Positions 1 to 12,656 of a DNA stretch of 64,000 bases are shown piece after piece. Position numbers and translations under genes: made by a program. The notes beneath the pieces were generated by a model, which saw only the letters and a list, made by a program, of their open reading frames with translations, made no database searches and was not told the DNA's origin. Origin of the DNA: Octopus sinensis (taxonomy: Eukaryota); contig NC_043003.1 of NCBI RefSeq assembly GCF_006345805.1, forward strand, positions 112,716,001 through 112,780,000, written 5' to 3'. Positions within the stretch are counted from its first letter, which is position 1; the number at the start of each line of letters is the position of its first letter.

Positions 1-203
1 TCGTGATCAGAGATGCACATATCGTCAGCCACTAAGGGACATTTTCATCTGGTTAAGGTCAAACAACTGACAAGCAAATCTGTGGTATTGAGCAGAATAT
101 TTACTGTAGCTCATCTTTTATACCAAGACAAAACAAGGTACATGATAACACTTCCAATCAGTTAAGATCAGAAGCCATGAGAGCCACTGCCTGGTACTGC
201 ATC
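1..203 (-). repeat. Interspersed repeat (family D), partial copy abutting (TAA)n
   Basis: Reverse complement matches 36421-36570 (ATGGCTCCTGATCTTAACTGATTG...TTGCTTGTCAGTTGTTTGAC). Directly followed by (ATT)n at 204-277. Confidence 0.8.
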
Positions 204-224
204 ATATTATTATTATTATTATTA

Positions 225-264
<40 letters not shown>

Positions 265-292
265 ATTATTATTATTGCTATAAATGCAGTGT

Positions 293-462
293 AACTAGCA
301 GAATCGCTAGCTTACCGGGAAATTGTTCGGCGATATATCGTCTGCCTTTACGTTCCTAGTTCATTCTTTCGGCTTTGATAAAATGAATACCAGCTGGGCA
401 CTGGGTTTGATGTAATCGACTTGGAACCTTTCCCTGTTTTTTTCTAATATTGTGCCAAATTT
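293..462 (+). mobile_element. Degenerate SINE, family A
   Basis: Diverged match to the 4942-5175 family: GCAGAATCGCTAGC, TTACGTTC, GATAAAATGAATACCAG, GATGTAATCGACTT. Confidence 0.6.
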
Positions 463-1224
463 AAATATCATTATTATTATTATTGCTGTGGCTGTCATTA
501 TTATTTACGAACTGGTGCTTGTGATGATGTTTCTTGTGGTGGTCATTATTGCTTTCAATATTGATGGTGATATTTTGAAGGTGATGCAGAATACTGATTT
601 CATAATAATGCACTGATGCAGTAGTAGTGTAGTTCATAAGTTTGCTAATACATATATGTACGAATGTGTGTATGTAATATATGCGATATATATATATATA
701 TACATACACACACATACCTGCAAACGTACACACACACACATATGTATTAGTACAGCACAAACTACACAATATATGCAAAATTGTAAATATTTTTTCATGT
801 AGTGTGTGTGTGTGTGTGTAAATATACGCATACACACATACACACATACGCATACATACATATGTCGTATATAGCTTCTTTCTCATAAATTATTTAAATA
901 TATTTGACACACTCATCATTCTTATTGACGTCATCAGGCGATGTGATATCATCATAATCATCTTTATGATCATCATGGTCACCATGATCATCATAATCAT
1001 TGTTATCGTCCTTCTCTGTCTCTGTCTCTCTCTCTCCATCACTCTCACTGTCTCTGTCTATTTATCTACCTCTATCTCTCTGTTTTCTCTTTATACTCAT
1101 GTATATATGCATGTATGTATGCCATTATTCAGTTTTATCTCAACATTTCTTGCCAATAGAGTAAGTGCCGGTTTCTAACCTAGCCAACGTTAGATAATCC
1201 CATATGTGTATGTAAGTGTGTTTG

Positions 1225-1255
<31 letters not shown>

Positions 1256-1523
1256 CTGGGTAAAATGTAGCTACTGCTTCGCTAAGAATTTTAGGTGCCT
1301 ATGTAGTCACAAGAAGGTATATGCATTCTCTCCACTCTCCCTCCTTTAAACTCGGATGCACTTCCAGGATGTGATAGCTGCGCAGAAAGAGAGCTGAACC
1401 AACCGCTTCGGTACACAAATGCAGCTCAGTACATACGTGTGTGTGTGTAGATAGATAGATAGATTCATACATACATAAATACATACATACATACATGCAT
1501 GCATGCATACATACATACATACA

Positions 1524-1554
<31 letters not shown>

Positions 1555-1620
1555 GCAGTGGGAATATATATTCAGTACCAGGTGTTGATATGACTGCGTG
1601 TATATTATTACAAGAGTTCA

Positions 1621-3165
1621 TATAGTGATGAAGAATAAATTCAAGAACTTATATATTTACTACATAAAAATATATTTTATTTACTGGTCGATGATGATAC
1701 GTGATCAAAATATAGAATCTAGTTGAATGAAGTAATCTATGGAAGAAAGTTCAGAGATAGGAAATATAGAAATAACAGCTAAGTGGTGGCTTTCAGTCAT
1801 GTGGCCTAGAGAAATAGACAGTCATAGCAATGACGTGAATGGTTCGAAGTCTAATCGACTAAGAAGCGAAGAGCAGGGTTAGCAAGTTGTTTTTATGAAT
1901 GGAACGCTAGACATTCTAGAAACTTCCAAGAGAAACGCTAAGCTTCTTGAATAAGTAAGAATCACGTCTCATGACACCGATGCTTCGAGAAACTTAGTAA
2001 AAGGTGGTTACTCTATAATCTTTCTTGCCAGGGAGATCATTCAACTATCTAGCTACCGTTACACATCCTCTAGGCAGAGGTCACGGTAGACAATAACGAA
2101 AATAACAAAAATGTATACATCATAAAATATCAAAAATTGATGAAAACAGAATGGAACAAATGCAATATTTTCGGGTCCAAAGTGAAAACTCAACGTTCAA
2201 ATTTCTGTAACATGTGTGTGTGTGCATGCAATATAGAGGTAGAGAACATTTTGCATCTCGGGAAACAGAATCCGAGAAAATATACAAAGAACAGGATTTG
2301 TTCGAATAACAGTGTCGTTTTGCGTGCGCAGAATGCAGAAAAGGCCAGTCAGAGAGTTACCAAGGCAGAATGTGTGTGCACACGAGTGGCAAAAACCGAC
2401 AGTGATATGCTAGCGCGTTGCAAGAAACAGGCAACTTTCTCTTTATAGCGTGACCATCCAGGGGTCTAATAGGGTTAAGTTGTGTCTTACAAGGGCGCGG
2501 TGAGCATGAGAAAGCAACCCAAAACTATGGTATATAGTGCATATGTATAACTGGGTGAAGGCATGCAAGCATGTGTGCGAACGCTGCAACAGTTTTACAA
2601 ATATACAGAATATTCGTAAAAATATATAGGTACGTGAATAGATGTTCTGAAAAATTAAAACCTAAGTGATATACAAAACTGAACAAATGCAAAGGAATGA
2701 CAATATAACATGGAAAGGTAAGCAACAGAAATGCCCATCTAGGCGCAAGCTAAGGGAATGTTCCAGTCTATGTGCAAGTGTTCAATTTAGTTCAAGTCAT
2801 GCAAGTTTTTAGAAAGTCCACAGAATCTGAATCCAACAATGCGAAAAAACGGAAAGTTATGTATATACATGATGTATCTATAGCGCATGCATACTCTAGG
2901 TGAAAACAGTAGTTCAAGGCATTGTCAAAGTACATGCAGGAAAATTCTTCTGAAAAAGTTTAGTACGCCAAGAAATTAAGTCTTGCAATTTCATATCAGA
3001 CGAAAATGACAAATGACAAAAGCTGTAACGCTGAAAGTTAGCGATAAACTTGTAGTGGCAAGAGATGAGCTGGTGCGAGGATGATAATGAGAAACTTAAT
3101 AAAGGGCGGTTACTCTATAATCTTTCTTGCCAGGGAGATCATTCAACTACTTAGCTACCGCTACA
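1621..3165 (+). mobile_element. Decayed, internally deleted LTR retroelement-like unit
   Basis: ~62-bp direct repeat (GGTTACTCTATAATCTTTCTTGCCAGGGAGATCATTCAACTA...CGYTACA) ending at ~2063 and at 3165. The right copy 3051-3165 has TGTAGTGG...CCGCTACA inverted termini. A-rich degenerate interior. The left boundary is uncertain. Confidence 0.5.
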
Positions 3166-3297
3166 CATACATACATACATACATACATACATACATACAT
3201 GGGATGTAACTAACCTTAGATCTAGGTTAGAAACCGGCTCTCTCTCTCTCTCTCTATTAGCAAGAAATCTTGAAATAAGACCGAATAATGACATACA

Positions 3298-3346
<49 letters not shown>

Positions 3347-3558
3347 CGTGTAAAGAGAAAACAGGGAGAGATAGAGGTAGACAGACAGACAGAGTGAGGG
3401 AGGGAGAGAGAGCATGATGATCGAAATGATTATGAAGATCGTGATTATCATGGTGATCATGATGATCATATGTGTGTATAAATACATGTTTTACATATGC
3501 ATATGTATATCTATATATCTACATCTATTTATCCATGAATGTGTGTGTGTGTACAAAT

Positions 3559-3624
<66 letters not shown>

Positions 3625-4941
3625 GCATAAAAGTGTTTGAGTAGTGACAAGAGTTTGCTTGTCTGTAGAATATGATGAGTCAATGAAACCACCATGTAAT
3701 GGTTGGACTTTCCAGAAATAGCAGCCAGAGTTCTTCAAATCCCACCTGTCATCATGAAAAAGGAAGGACACATTACATGTAAAAAGATAAAGAAAATCAA
3801 CACTTAATTTCAGAATGATTACTTACCCGAACAGTAATGTTTTGAATTTGGCATTCTGCTCAGAAATTTCTTCGAATTTCTGCTTTAAACATCAAAAATT
3901 AAGACTCAGGAAAAATATTATGCACAATTGGAATTTTTGTTTCATTTCTTCTCACTACCACACCCCACCCCTTCATCGCCTCTGCAAATGGTGGACTTTT
4001 TCTTTGCATAGATTGATGCACAATTATTTGCTTCAACAAAACACATTTAAAAGCTTAGAAAACAATTACAGACGGTGGAATGCAATTTGAGGCAATTTGG
4101 CTGTTATTTCTTGCCTGACGAATTTTCAAGTATAGAATACCTTATTTACAATGTTTTAGTCGTCGACGTTACACTTCCACCGTCGCCGCTATATTAAACA
4201 AATTTATATCTATAAATATTATATCTAGTATAATAAACATCGTTAAATTGTATATATATTCGCGTGTTCATGTGAGGCTGTGTAAAATGAACGAAATGTG
4301 ACTGAAATATTTCTCATGTACTTGTTTGTGTGTGTAAGAGTACGCGTGTGTTTGCATAGGTCGCTGTCTATATTTGTATATATTGTTGATAAAATGTTAT
4401 TGAAATATTTTTAATGTATGTTAATGTATGTTAATGACTGTGTTTGCTTGTATGTAACATGACGTAGGTTTTTACATACGCCACATTTTATTTGCATATT
4501 TGTAGATGATGTGTCATTGTTTTCGTATCAGTCTTCTACATACATTATATTCATAATTGAAACATCGTCTGTCACTGTGTTTGCGAGATCTCAATCGCTT
4601 ATTACGAATATCAAAATAATGTAGTTTTATTGCGTTTATGTGCATCTTGCTCTGTGTTAAGGATTCTTTGCGGTTAGGGCTAACAAGGGAGAAAACAAAA
4701 CAATGACTTCCGTTAGATATTAAACCTTAAAGTTACCTATTTTTTTATTTTTTTCGGCTTCGATATATCTATCCGTCGAAATGCGTAAACATAAATTATT
4801 ATTGCGACGTTGATAATGTCAGTGAATGTGTTTATGTATGTGTTAATGTATGTGTGTGTGTATGTATGTGCGTATGTATGTACGTATCTGTGAATACGAG
4901 TATGTGTATGCGTACCCATGTATGACTGTGTATGTTTTGCC

Positions 4942-5175
4942 GGGCGGCGAGTTGGCAGAATCGTTAGCACGCCTGGCGAAATGCGTAGCCGTATTTCGTC
5001 TGCCGTTACGTTCTGAGTTCAAATTCCGCCAAGGTCGACTTTTCCTTTCATCCTTTCGGGGGTCGATAAATTAAGTACCAGTTACGCACTGGAGTCGATG
5101 TAATCAACTTAATCCGTTTGTCTGTCCTTGTTTGTCCCCTCTGTGTTTAGCCCCTCGTGGGTAATAACGAAATAT
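4942..5175 (+). mobile_element. tRNA-derived SINE, family A, full length
   Basis: A-box-like TGGCAGAATCGTTAG, B-box GAGTTCAAATTCC, central TTTCATCCTTTCGGGGGTCGATAAATTAAGTACCAG. Near-identical copies at 26101 and 61791. Confidence 0.9.
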
Positions 5176-5319
5176 ATGATTGTGCTTCTGATTGAATCGT
5201 TGTAATTTCATTGGATAAAAATGCTTCCCTATTAAGTTCGGCGCATGCGGCTTTTATTCAAACGTGTATTCAAAATACGATTATGTTTCAGTTATAACAA
5301 TTTTATTTATGTATTTATT

Positions 5320-5775
5320 TCATTCCCAACCTCGTAGTCCTAAGTTTAGTCTCACTGCGTAGCATTTTGAGGAGCTGTCGCCTACTACAGCCTCAGGCCG
5401 GCGAAGGCCATATGAGTGTATTTGGTAAACGGAAACTGAGAGAAACCCATCGTATATGTGTGTTTGTGTTGGGTGGAGGTGCGCGCTTGTGAGTGTGCGC
5501 GTATGTTTGTGTGCGTGTGCGCGCATGTGTGTATCTGTGTGTGTGCGTATCTATGTGTGTGTGCATTTGTGTTTGTGTTCGTCCACCACTGCTAGCCAAA
5601 TAGTGGTTACTTGATTGCATCCCTGTAACTTAGCGGTTGGGCAAAAGAGAGCGATATAATTAGTACCAGGCTTTAAAAAATGTGATCTAGGATCGATTTG
5701 TTCGACTAAAATACATCAAGGTAGGGCTTCTTCAGCATGGCTGCAATCCAGTGACTGAGACAAGAAAAAAATAGA
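5320..5775 (+). mobile_element. Degenerate SINE, family B
   Basis: Collinear with 13799-14200: internal TG microsatellite, GTAACTTAGCGGTT, CAGCATGGC...GACTGAGACAAG tail. Confidence 0.75.
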
Positions 5776-5942
5776 AGATTTGCTTTCATATTTTTGTATG
5801 CATCCCATGCAGTACATTTGGGAAAACATACATGGCGCTTTGTTCCGCTGTCGACGCCTCCTAAATTTTTTTTCCGTCGCACGGCGGCCTCGCACCGCTG
5901 CTTTCCTTCATTACGTGTAGTAGTAGTAGTAGCAAATACCGA

Positions 5943-6026
5943 AACCCTGGACGGGGGATCACTCGGCTCGTCCGTCGATGAAGAGTGCGGGTATCCGCGT
6001 GAACTGATGCGAATTGCAGGACTCAG
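5943..6026 (+). pseudogene. Orphan 5.8S rRNA 5' fragment (with upstream ITS1-like GC-rich sequence ~5830-5942)
   Basis: AACCCTGGACGGGGGATCACTCGGCTCGTCCGTCGATGAAGAG...GTGAACTGATGCGAATTGCAGGAC matches the conserved eukaryotic 5.8S motifs GGATCACTCGGCTCG, GTCGATGAAGA and GAATTGCAGGAC. Truncated at roughly half length, with no 18S or 28S nearby. Confidence 0.88.
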
Positions 6027-6131
6027 TATATCACCAATGTTTCTTGACTCCGACAGCTTTATCTCCAGGATATGACGTGTTATTGGAATATATAACTCAC
6101 ATTAATGGTAATGGGAAACGAATATGATGTA

Positions 6132-6643
6132 CTAGCAGTATTGCCCGGCTTTGCAAAATGGTCACATTTAATTCAAAGCGTTATAAATGTTATGAAAACA
6201 ATTGGTATGTGTTCACAAAGTCCAAACGATTAATACGGAAAAACCTTCCAGATTACAACCCGGAAATTCATTTCTTTGCCGAATTTCTACAATGTTTACG
6301 GCGATTCGTTTTTATATCTTGATTTTTTTTAATTTTTCATGCAATTTGCGCATGCTTGCACGCGTGGTGAACACAGTTCATGTCAAACAGCTGACCGAGT
6401 AAAGTTCACTATTCAATGCATGGGATAAGACCTAACCAAACACATTATCGATTTTTTAACTTGCGAGATGAATTTCGGAACAGAAATAGCGCAGTTCAAT
6501 TTTCATTTGCCTAAACTTTAAGTGACCCATTTTTGGTGGTTCTATGATTTGTTGGCTAGGAGGAGGTGTGCCGGCAATTTAAACACACAGACACGCAGAT
6601 AGATACACATACAGACACACAAGTTGAGTTTTATATATATAGA
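6132..6643 (-). mobile_element. Non-autonomous Helitron-like element
   Basis: Minus strand reads A|TCTATATATATAAAAC...GCCGGGCAATACTGCTAG|T: 5' TC, 3' CTAG, AT target, no TSD. Ends shared with 19268, 47014 and 59706. Confidence 0.7.
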
Positions 6644-7299
6644 TGTAAACATTATTGACCGAGATTATTTACACTTTCATGAGTAGATGCGCTAAGCAGT
6701 GACTGAGAGCAAAATAAACTTGCTATGTTTGAGATATCTGAACGCCTATAAAGGCTTTTCACTGCAATTTGTCATGCAGAAGAGACCAACAGATATAAAG
6801 GCAAATTGGTCAGTTCAAAGTGTAAATTGGACATGTGGACGCATGCATTTCCGAGTAGTTATCTTCCCGTCAGTACCAGGTACGAAAGAAGGATTTAACA
6901 GAAGGCTATAATATTTACACGTACGTCATATACACGTCATATACAAAATTCACGTGTAACAGATCAAATTTCAAATTTCGGTGATTACCATCAGGGAAAT
7001 CTGTTCGGGCGAAACTCTACGTAAATAAAACTTGCCTCCTAATAACACTACACTTATTCAACATGAGACTTTGACATGGATTTAGGAATGGATTTAGGAA
7101 TTTAAGTGATCCAGCTGAACTGAAAAAGACTCATGTATGGAATATAACATTTCAAAATGAAATAAAATAGAATGATATTCGCATTTTCTATGCCGTTACA
7201 TAATATATACATATATTTTTTCTATACTGTGTGCGCATACATATTTTATGATCTATATGATATATACAGATATATAGATAGATAGATAGACAGATATAC

Positions 7300-7657
7300 A
7301 CTTTTACTCTTTTATTTGTTTCAGTCAATTGACTGTGGCCATGCTGGAGCACAGCCTTTTAGTCGAGCAAATCGACACCAGGACTTATTCTTTGTAAGCC
7401 TAGTACTTATAGTATCGGCGTATTTTGCCGAACCGCTAAGTTACGGGGACGTGAACACACCAGCATTGATTGTCAAGCGATGTTAGGGAGACAAACACTG
7501 ACACACAAACATATACACACACATACATATATACATATACACGACGGGCTTCTTTCAGTTCCCATCAACCAAATCCACTCACAAGGCTTTGGTCGGCCCG
7601 AGGCTAAAATAGAAGAAACTCGCCCAAGATGCCACGCAGTGGGACTGAACCCGGAAC
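7300..7657 (-). mobile_element. SINE family B, 5'-truncated
   Basis: Reverse complement of 13850-14200. Confidence 0.85.
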
Positions 7658-7699
7658 ATATCTACTCTATGTATGTATGCATATAATATATACATATAT

Positions 7700-7788
<89 letters not shown>

Positions 7789-7800
7789 AGTACATTATAC

Positions 7801-7834
<34 letters not shown>

Positions 7835-7875
7835 TTATGAATAATGCATATATACATATACACACATATGTATAT

Positions 7876-7931
<56 letters not shown>

Positions 7932-8105
7932 GAACACACACAGAGTGCAAGAGGCTGTCAATGGTGCAGAATTTTTTACATTTAATTGGAATAAGAAGAA
8001 CTTACTCTTGATTGTTCACAGCTTCATTCATATATATATTTCAACGTATATATACATACATACAGACATATGTATGTGTGTGTGCGTGAGAGAGAGTGTG
8101 CGTGC

Positions 8106-8138
<33 letters not shown>

Positions 8139-8609
8139 CTGAATAAAGAAAAAAGCAATTTCGATGAAGAACATTGTTGAATGAATTGATGTCAATCTAC
8201 TGTTATCAATTATGTTCTCGTCATATATTCGTGTACTTTTACGTATGAGGGCAAAACTGTTATCTGTTTATCTCTCTCTCCCTATATATATATATATATA
8301 TATGTATATACGTATACACATATATATGAGTGTGTGTAAGTATATATATAAACATATATATATACGTATGTGTACATATATATGTTTTTATATATATATA
8401 AACATATACATATATATATATATATATATATGTTCATATACTTATGAATAATTCCTCAATTTTGTCAATTATCCCTTATAAATCGATGCTTTTGAGTATC
8501 ATTCATCAGATACCTGTCAATTTCTCAATGGGTTTACTAGCTATATAGATGTGTGTGTGTGTGTAGCAAATGAAAGACAAAAGATGGAATATACGAGAAT
8601 TTATCATTA

Positions 8610-8715
8610 ATCACGACAATTGTTTCGATATATCTAACATCGATTCCTCTTGGGTGTCACACTCAACAACTGGTTCAGAGGCATCCAGTGGTGCAGATGT
8701 ATCTCCTCGGGTGAT
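8610..8715 (-). ncRNA. Type I hammerhead ribozyme motif (U4C core variant)
   Basis: ATCAC-CCGAGGA-GATACATCT..AGATATATC-GAAA-CAATTG-TC-GTGAT: stem I 5 bp, stem II 8 of 9 bp, palindromic stem III, GUC triplet. Confidence 0.7.
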
Positions 8716-9776
8716 AAATAAATATATATATAAGAGAGAGATAAGTTATATTAAATCACTGAGCTAGAGATAAACAGTGACAGTACGGAATCGTCATAAA
8801 AACTTTGCCAACTAAATGTGGCGGTACTATAGAGTGCGGTACTACGATTGTTTTTAGCCCCATGAAGACATCTCCTCCAACTGGTCAACGACACGCAGTC
8901 TGTGTCCGATTAGTATTTGCGAGGGAGGTCATCGCTTCCATCTCTAGCCTTACGTGATACATGCAGACCCGACTTTCTGTGTGGTTACCCGTCTTCAGTG
9001 TGTGTTAATCACAAAATGATGTATCCTTTTTCTAGCGACACACTGTCGCTGATCTTATAAAGGAGAGAGATAAGTTATATTAAATCTCTGAGCTATGCCG
9101 CCATTCGTCTTTCCACACGGCCTCAGACGCAACATGGAGGCCTACATCAAGTGTAGGTTTCAAATTTCTTTAGCAATTAAAATAATTTCGCTTCAAAAAT
9201 TACTATTAAATGTGGTTTTGGTCGATTTGACTGCTTCTTCTAGCGTGTAAAAATACCTGTTAAAGGTAGTTTTCTTTTGTCTTTAAATGTACACTTTTAT
9301 ATTGAGTATATGTTGTCTATTGACTATTTATACACTGGGCCACTGGTGGTGATATTTCTAAAAATATTCGCTACCTTACATATGTATCTTACGAATATGA
9401 TCTTAGCATTTTCGAAGATCAGCTCGGCAGTATCTACTTACTGCCGACTGAAACCGCACTTACGCGCTGAATTTTAAAACGTTATAACATATGATGAAAC
9501 ACGTGTTATTTGTCTCTAAATTATAAGCTGGTTGTTAAGGCACGGTTACTGATGAGAATTCGCCTAGCAAATTATTTTGTTTGCCAAAGAAATTTGAAAC
9601 CTTGGGTTAATCGCAAAAAATAACAAGGTAAAAGTTTTTATTTTTTATTCCCTTCGAAAATTGCTATTAAATGTGGTTGTGGTCGATTTGACTGCTTCTT
9701 CTAGCGTGTAAAATTACCTGTTAAAGGTAGTTTTCTTTTGTGTTTAAATTTACACTATTTTACATTGAGAATATGT

Positions 9777-9825
<49 letters not shown>

Positions 9826-11365
9826 GCCGAATAGCCCGTCGTTACCAGGCAATTCTTACAATAGAATTTCTTATATAAATCTTCGTTTATTCCATGTCAG
9901 ACCATGCCTTCCCTGACAGATAGGCCTCTTGATCAGGACAGATTTGTGCAATTTTTCCCAAAAAACTTCGTTTAGTGTTTTTATGCTTTTTAAAATATTT
10001 ATATGTCTGTTTGACCGTTTCACGTGACTGTATTCATTACAACTTCAGAAATTGTTACAACTTTCGTCGTCGTAATGCTTTGGTTTCGATTGTTTAATAA
10101 AAATTCCTCCTCCTAATGATTTTGTTTTTATTTTGTGATAAACAGCCATCATGCAGAAAATGCCAGCTGTCATGCAGCTACCATGTAGAAAATGCCAGCT
10201 TCCAAATCCCGTTTTCTGCAATTTTTCTGGAACAAATCAATCACAAAAATGGTTTTAACGTGGAAAATTATTTTAACATACCAAATTTGAAAATTTTGAC
10301 GTAATTTCACAATGTATGAGAGTAACATGGAAGACCCTAAAAAAGTAGAGAGACAGATAGTTATAGCACGTGACACACACAAATTTACAAAATAGTGTAT
10401 AGTAGACATGTATGTATATATACGTATATATATGTTTGTGTGTGTGTCTGTATGTGAGTGTTTCCTTGGACATCAGAAAAGCTACCTACCCCCTCTCTCT
10501 TTAAAGCTACGTATTCCTTACACCCACCTTTCTCTCCGTGTGTGTTTGTGTGTGCGTGAGTGTGTGTGTGTTGTATCTATGTATTTACGAAAGTATGTAT
10601 ACAGCGTCGCGTGTATATGACAGATGTGTTAACGTCACCATCCCATTGCCACTCTATAATTGTCGCTTATATAACGCTGCTCTCGCCTGCCCTGATATAT
10701 CTCCCCCTAACTATGCTACTGCGTTTCCTTCAGACTAATACTTTCCGCACACTTTTCATTTTGTCATATAATTCGCCCAGCCCCATCCTGGGGAGCGCAT
10801 TATAGATTTTTATTGAAGTCCAATCAGCCTATTATTAAACTGGACGTTAGTGTAACATGTATGCAACATTTCGTGAATATTGGTTCACTGGTTAGACAGT
10901 ATGATGGTAACGGACAGGCAGAAATTACCATCTATTTACGGTGCTTTATTTGGTTGGAAAGTGATACTTTGGATTGAAAAGATATTTTAATTTTTTTTTA
11001 AGACTTTTTACTGATCTCGGCGCTGTTAACGACTCGGCGTTCAGTCGAAAATACTGGCAAGATGTAGCAATATGTTAAAATTGTGTCTCAGCTGACGAGG
11101 ACTAATCAAAGTTATTTTGGAAAGACCGAAACTAGCGCCCTAGATTATCTATTCTGGGTTGTCCTTTTTTACGATGTTCGTCCAAGAAGACAAAAATTTT
11201 TAAAGTTCGCTGCTCGCATACATCTATACGTCGTATCGTTATCGACTGCTATTTCCAGCAAACATTGGTGTCTTGTACCACTATTCTTATTTATAATTCT
11301 ACCTTTGCGGTGCTTTATTTGGCTGGAAAGTGATACTGTTGCATTGCAATGATATTTAATATATA

Positions 11366-12656
11366 CGAGGGGCGTTCAATAAGTAATGCCTCTGACCCAC
11401 TTGCAGTTGTTTGATCTAGCTGAAATTGTGCATGTGCAATTATTTATATCTCTATAGATTAAGTAACAAATTACAGCTCTGAACTAATTGTGGTTTCCAA
11501 TTTACAGGTTTTTGAACTGAGTCAAGGGTGAAATAGAGCATGTTGAGTGTCGAGCAGTGATCCGGTTTTTGTATTTAAAAGGACGCACACCACGGGAGAC
11601 TTTTGATGAAATGAAAGTAACTTATGGTGATGATGCCCCATCATATGACCTTGTAAAACGCTGGCATCGTGAATTCAAACATGGTCGGAACACTGTGGAA
11701 ACAGCTCCCAGATCCGGTCGCCCCCTTCTGCCATTGATGAGGCATATGTCTGTCAAGTTGAGGCTGCCATTTTGGAAGATCGACGCATAACTATTCGCCA
11801 AATAGCCCATGAGGTCAAGATTAGTACCGGGTCTGTGGAAACTATCATTCATGACCATTTGCATATGCAAAAGGTGTCTGCCAGATGGATTCCCAGGTTG
11901 CTCACACCTTTCCAGAAGCAAGAACGCGTCGATTGCTCGTGGATGAATTTGGAGACGTACCAAGGAGATGAGTCAAACTTTTTCAAAAGACTGATTACAC
12001 GGGATGAAACCTGGGTCCATCACTATGATCCAGAGACCAAAGCCCAGTCAATGCAGTGGAAGAACCGTGACTCACCTCCTCCAAAGAAGGCAAGGGTGCA
12101 GCCCTCCGCTGGCAAGGTCATGCTTACAGTATTCTGGGACCAGGAGGGAGTAGTGAGGACAGATTTCCTGGCAAAGGGTGCCACAATTACAGGAGTCTAT
12201 TATGCTTCACTTTTGAGGAAATTAAGAGAAGCTCCCAAAATCAAGAGGCGGGGCAAGATCAGCAAAGGCATCCTCCTCCTGCAGGATAACGCTCCGATCC
12301 ACAACTCGCGTGTCGCCAGATCAGAAGCACAGGCGTGCGGATATGAACTCATCCCCCATCCCCCCTACTCTTCTGACCTTGCACCCTCTGATTTTCACCT
12401 CTTCCAGCCATGAAGTTGTTTTTGAAAGGAAAGCGTTTCCCAGATGATGCAGCCTTGATTTCTGAAGTCACGTCGTGGTTGGAGGACCAAGTTGGGGTCT
12501 TCTACAAAAAGGGTCTTCAGAGCTGCATCAAACAATGGGAGAAATGCGTAACTCTGGGTGATTCCTATGTAGAAAAAGACTAATAACTGTTCCAAGTTTC
12601 GTTGCTCTACTGCTATGGGAAGTGGGTCAGGGGCATTACTTATTGAACGCCCCTCG
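11366..12656 (+). mobile_element. Full-length mariner DNA transposon (DD34D, irritans-like)
   Basis: ~37-bp TIRs CGAGGGGCGTTCAATAAGTAATGCCYCTGACCCACTT, TA on both sides, 1291 bp. Confidence 0.97.
11533..12583 (+). pseudogene. Mariner transposase pseudogene (start codon appears mutated to ATA; two frameshifts)
   Basis: RAVIRFLYLKGRTP HTH; SARWIPRLL; ITRDETW, LLQDNA and HPPYSSDLAPSD (34 aa between D2 and D3). The C-terminus MKLFLKGKRF...WEKCVTLGDSYVEKD* is in another frame. Confidence 0.93.

Noticed and set aside
6960-6996. Minus-strand CTGATGG..GAAA motif
   Set aside because: Core incomplete and no stem I or III.
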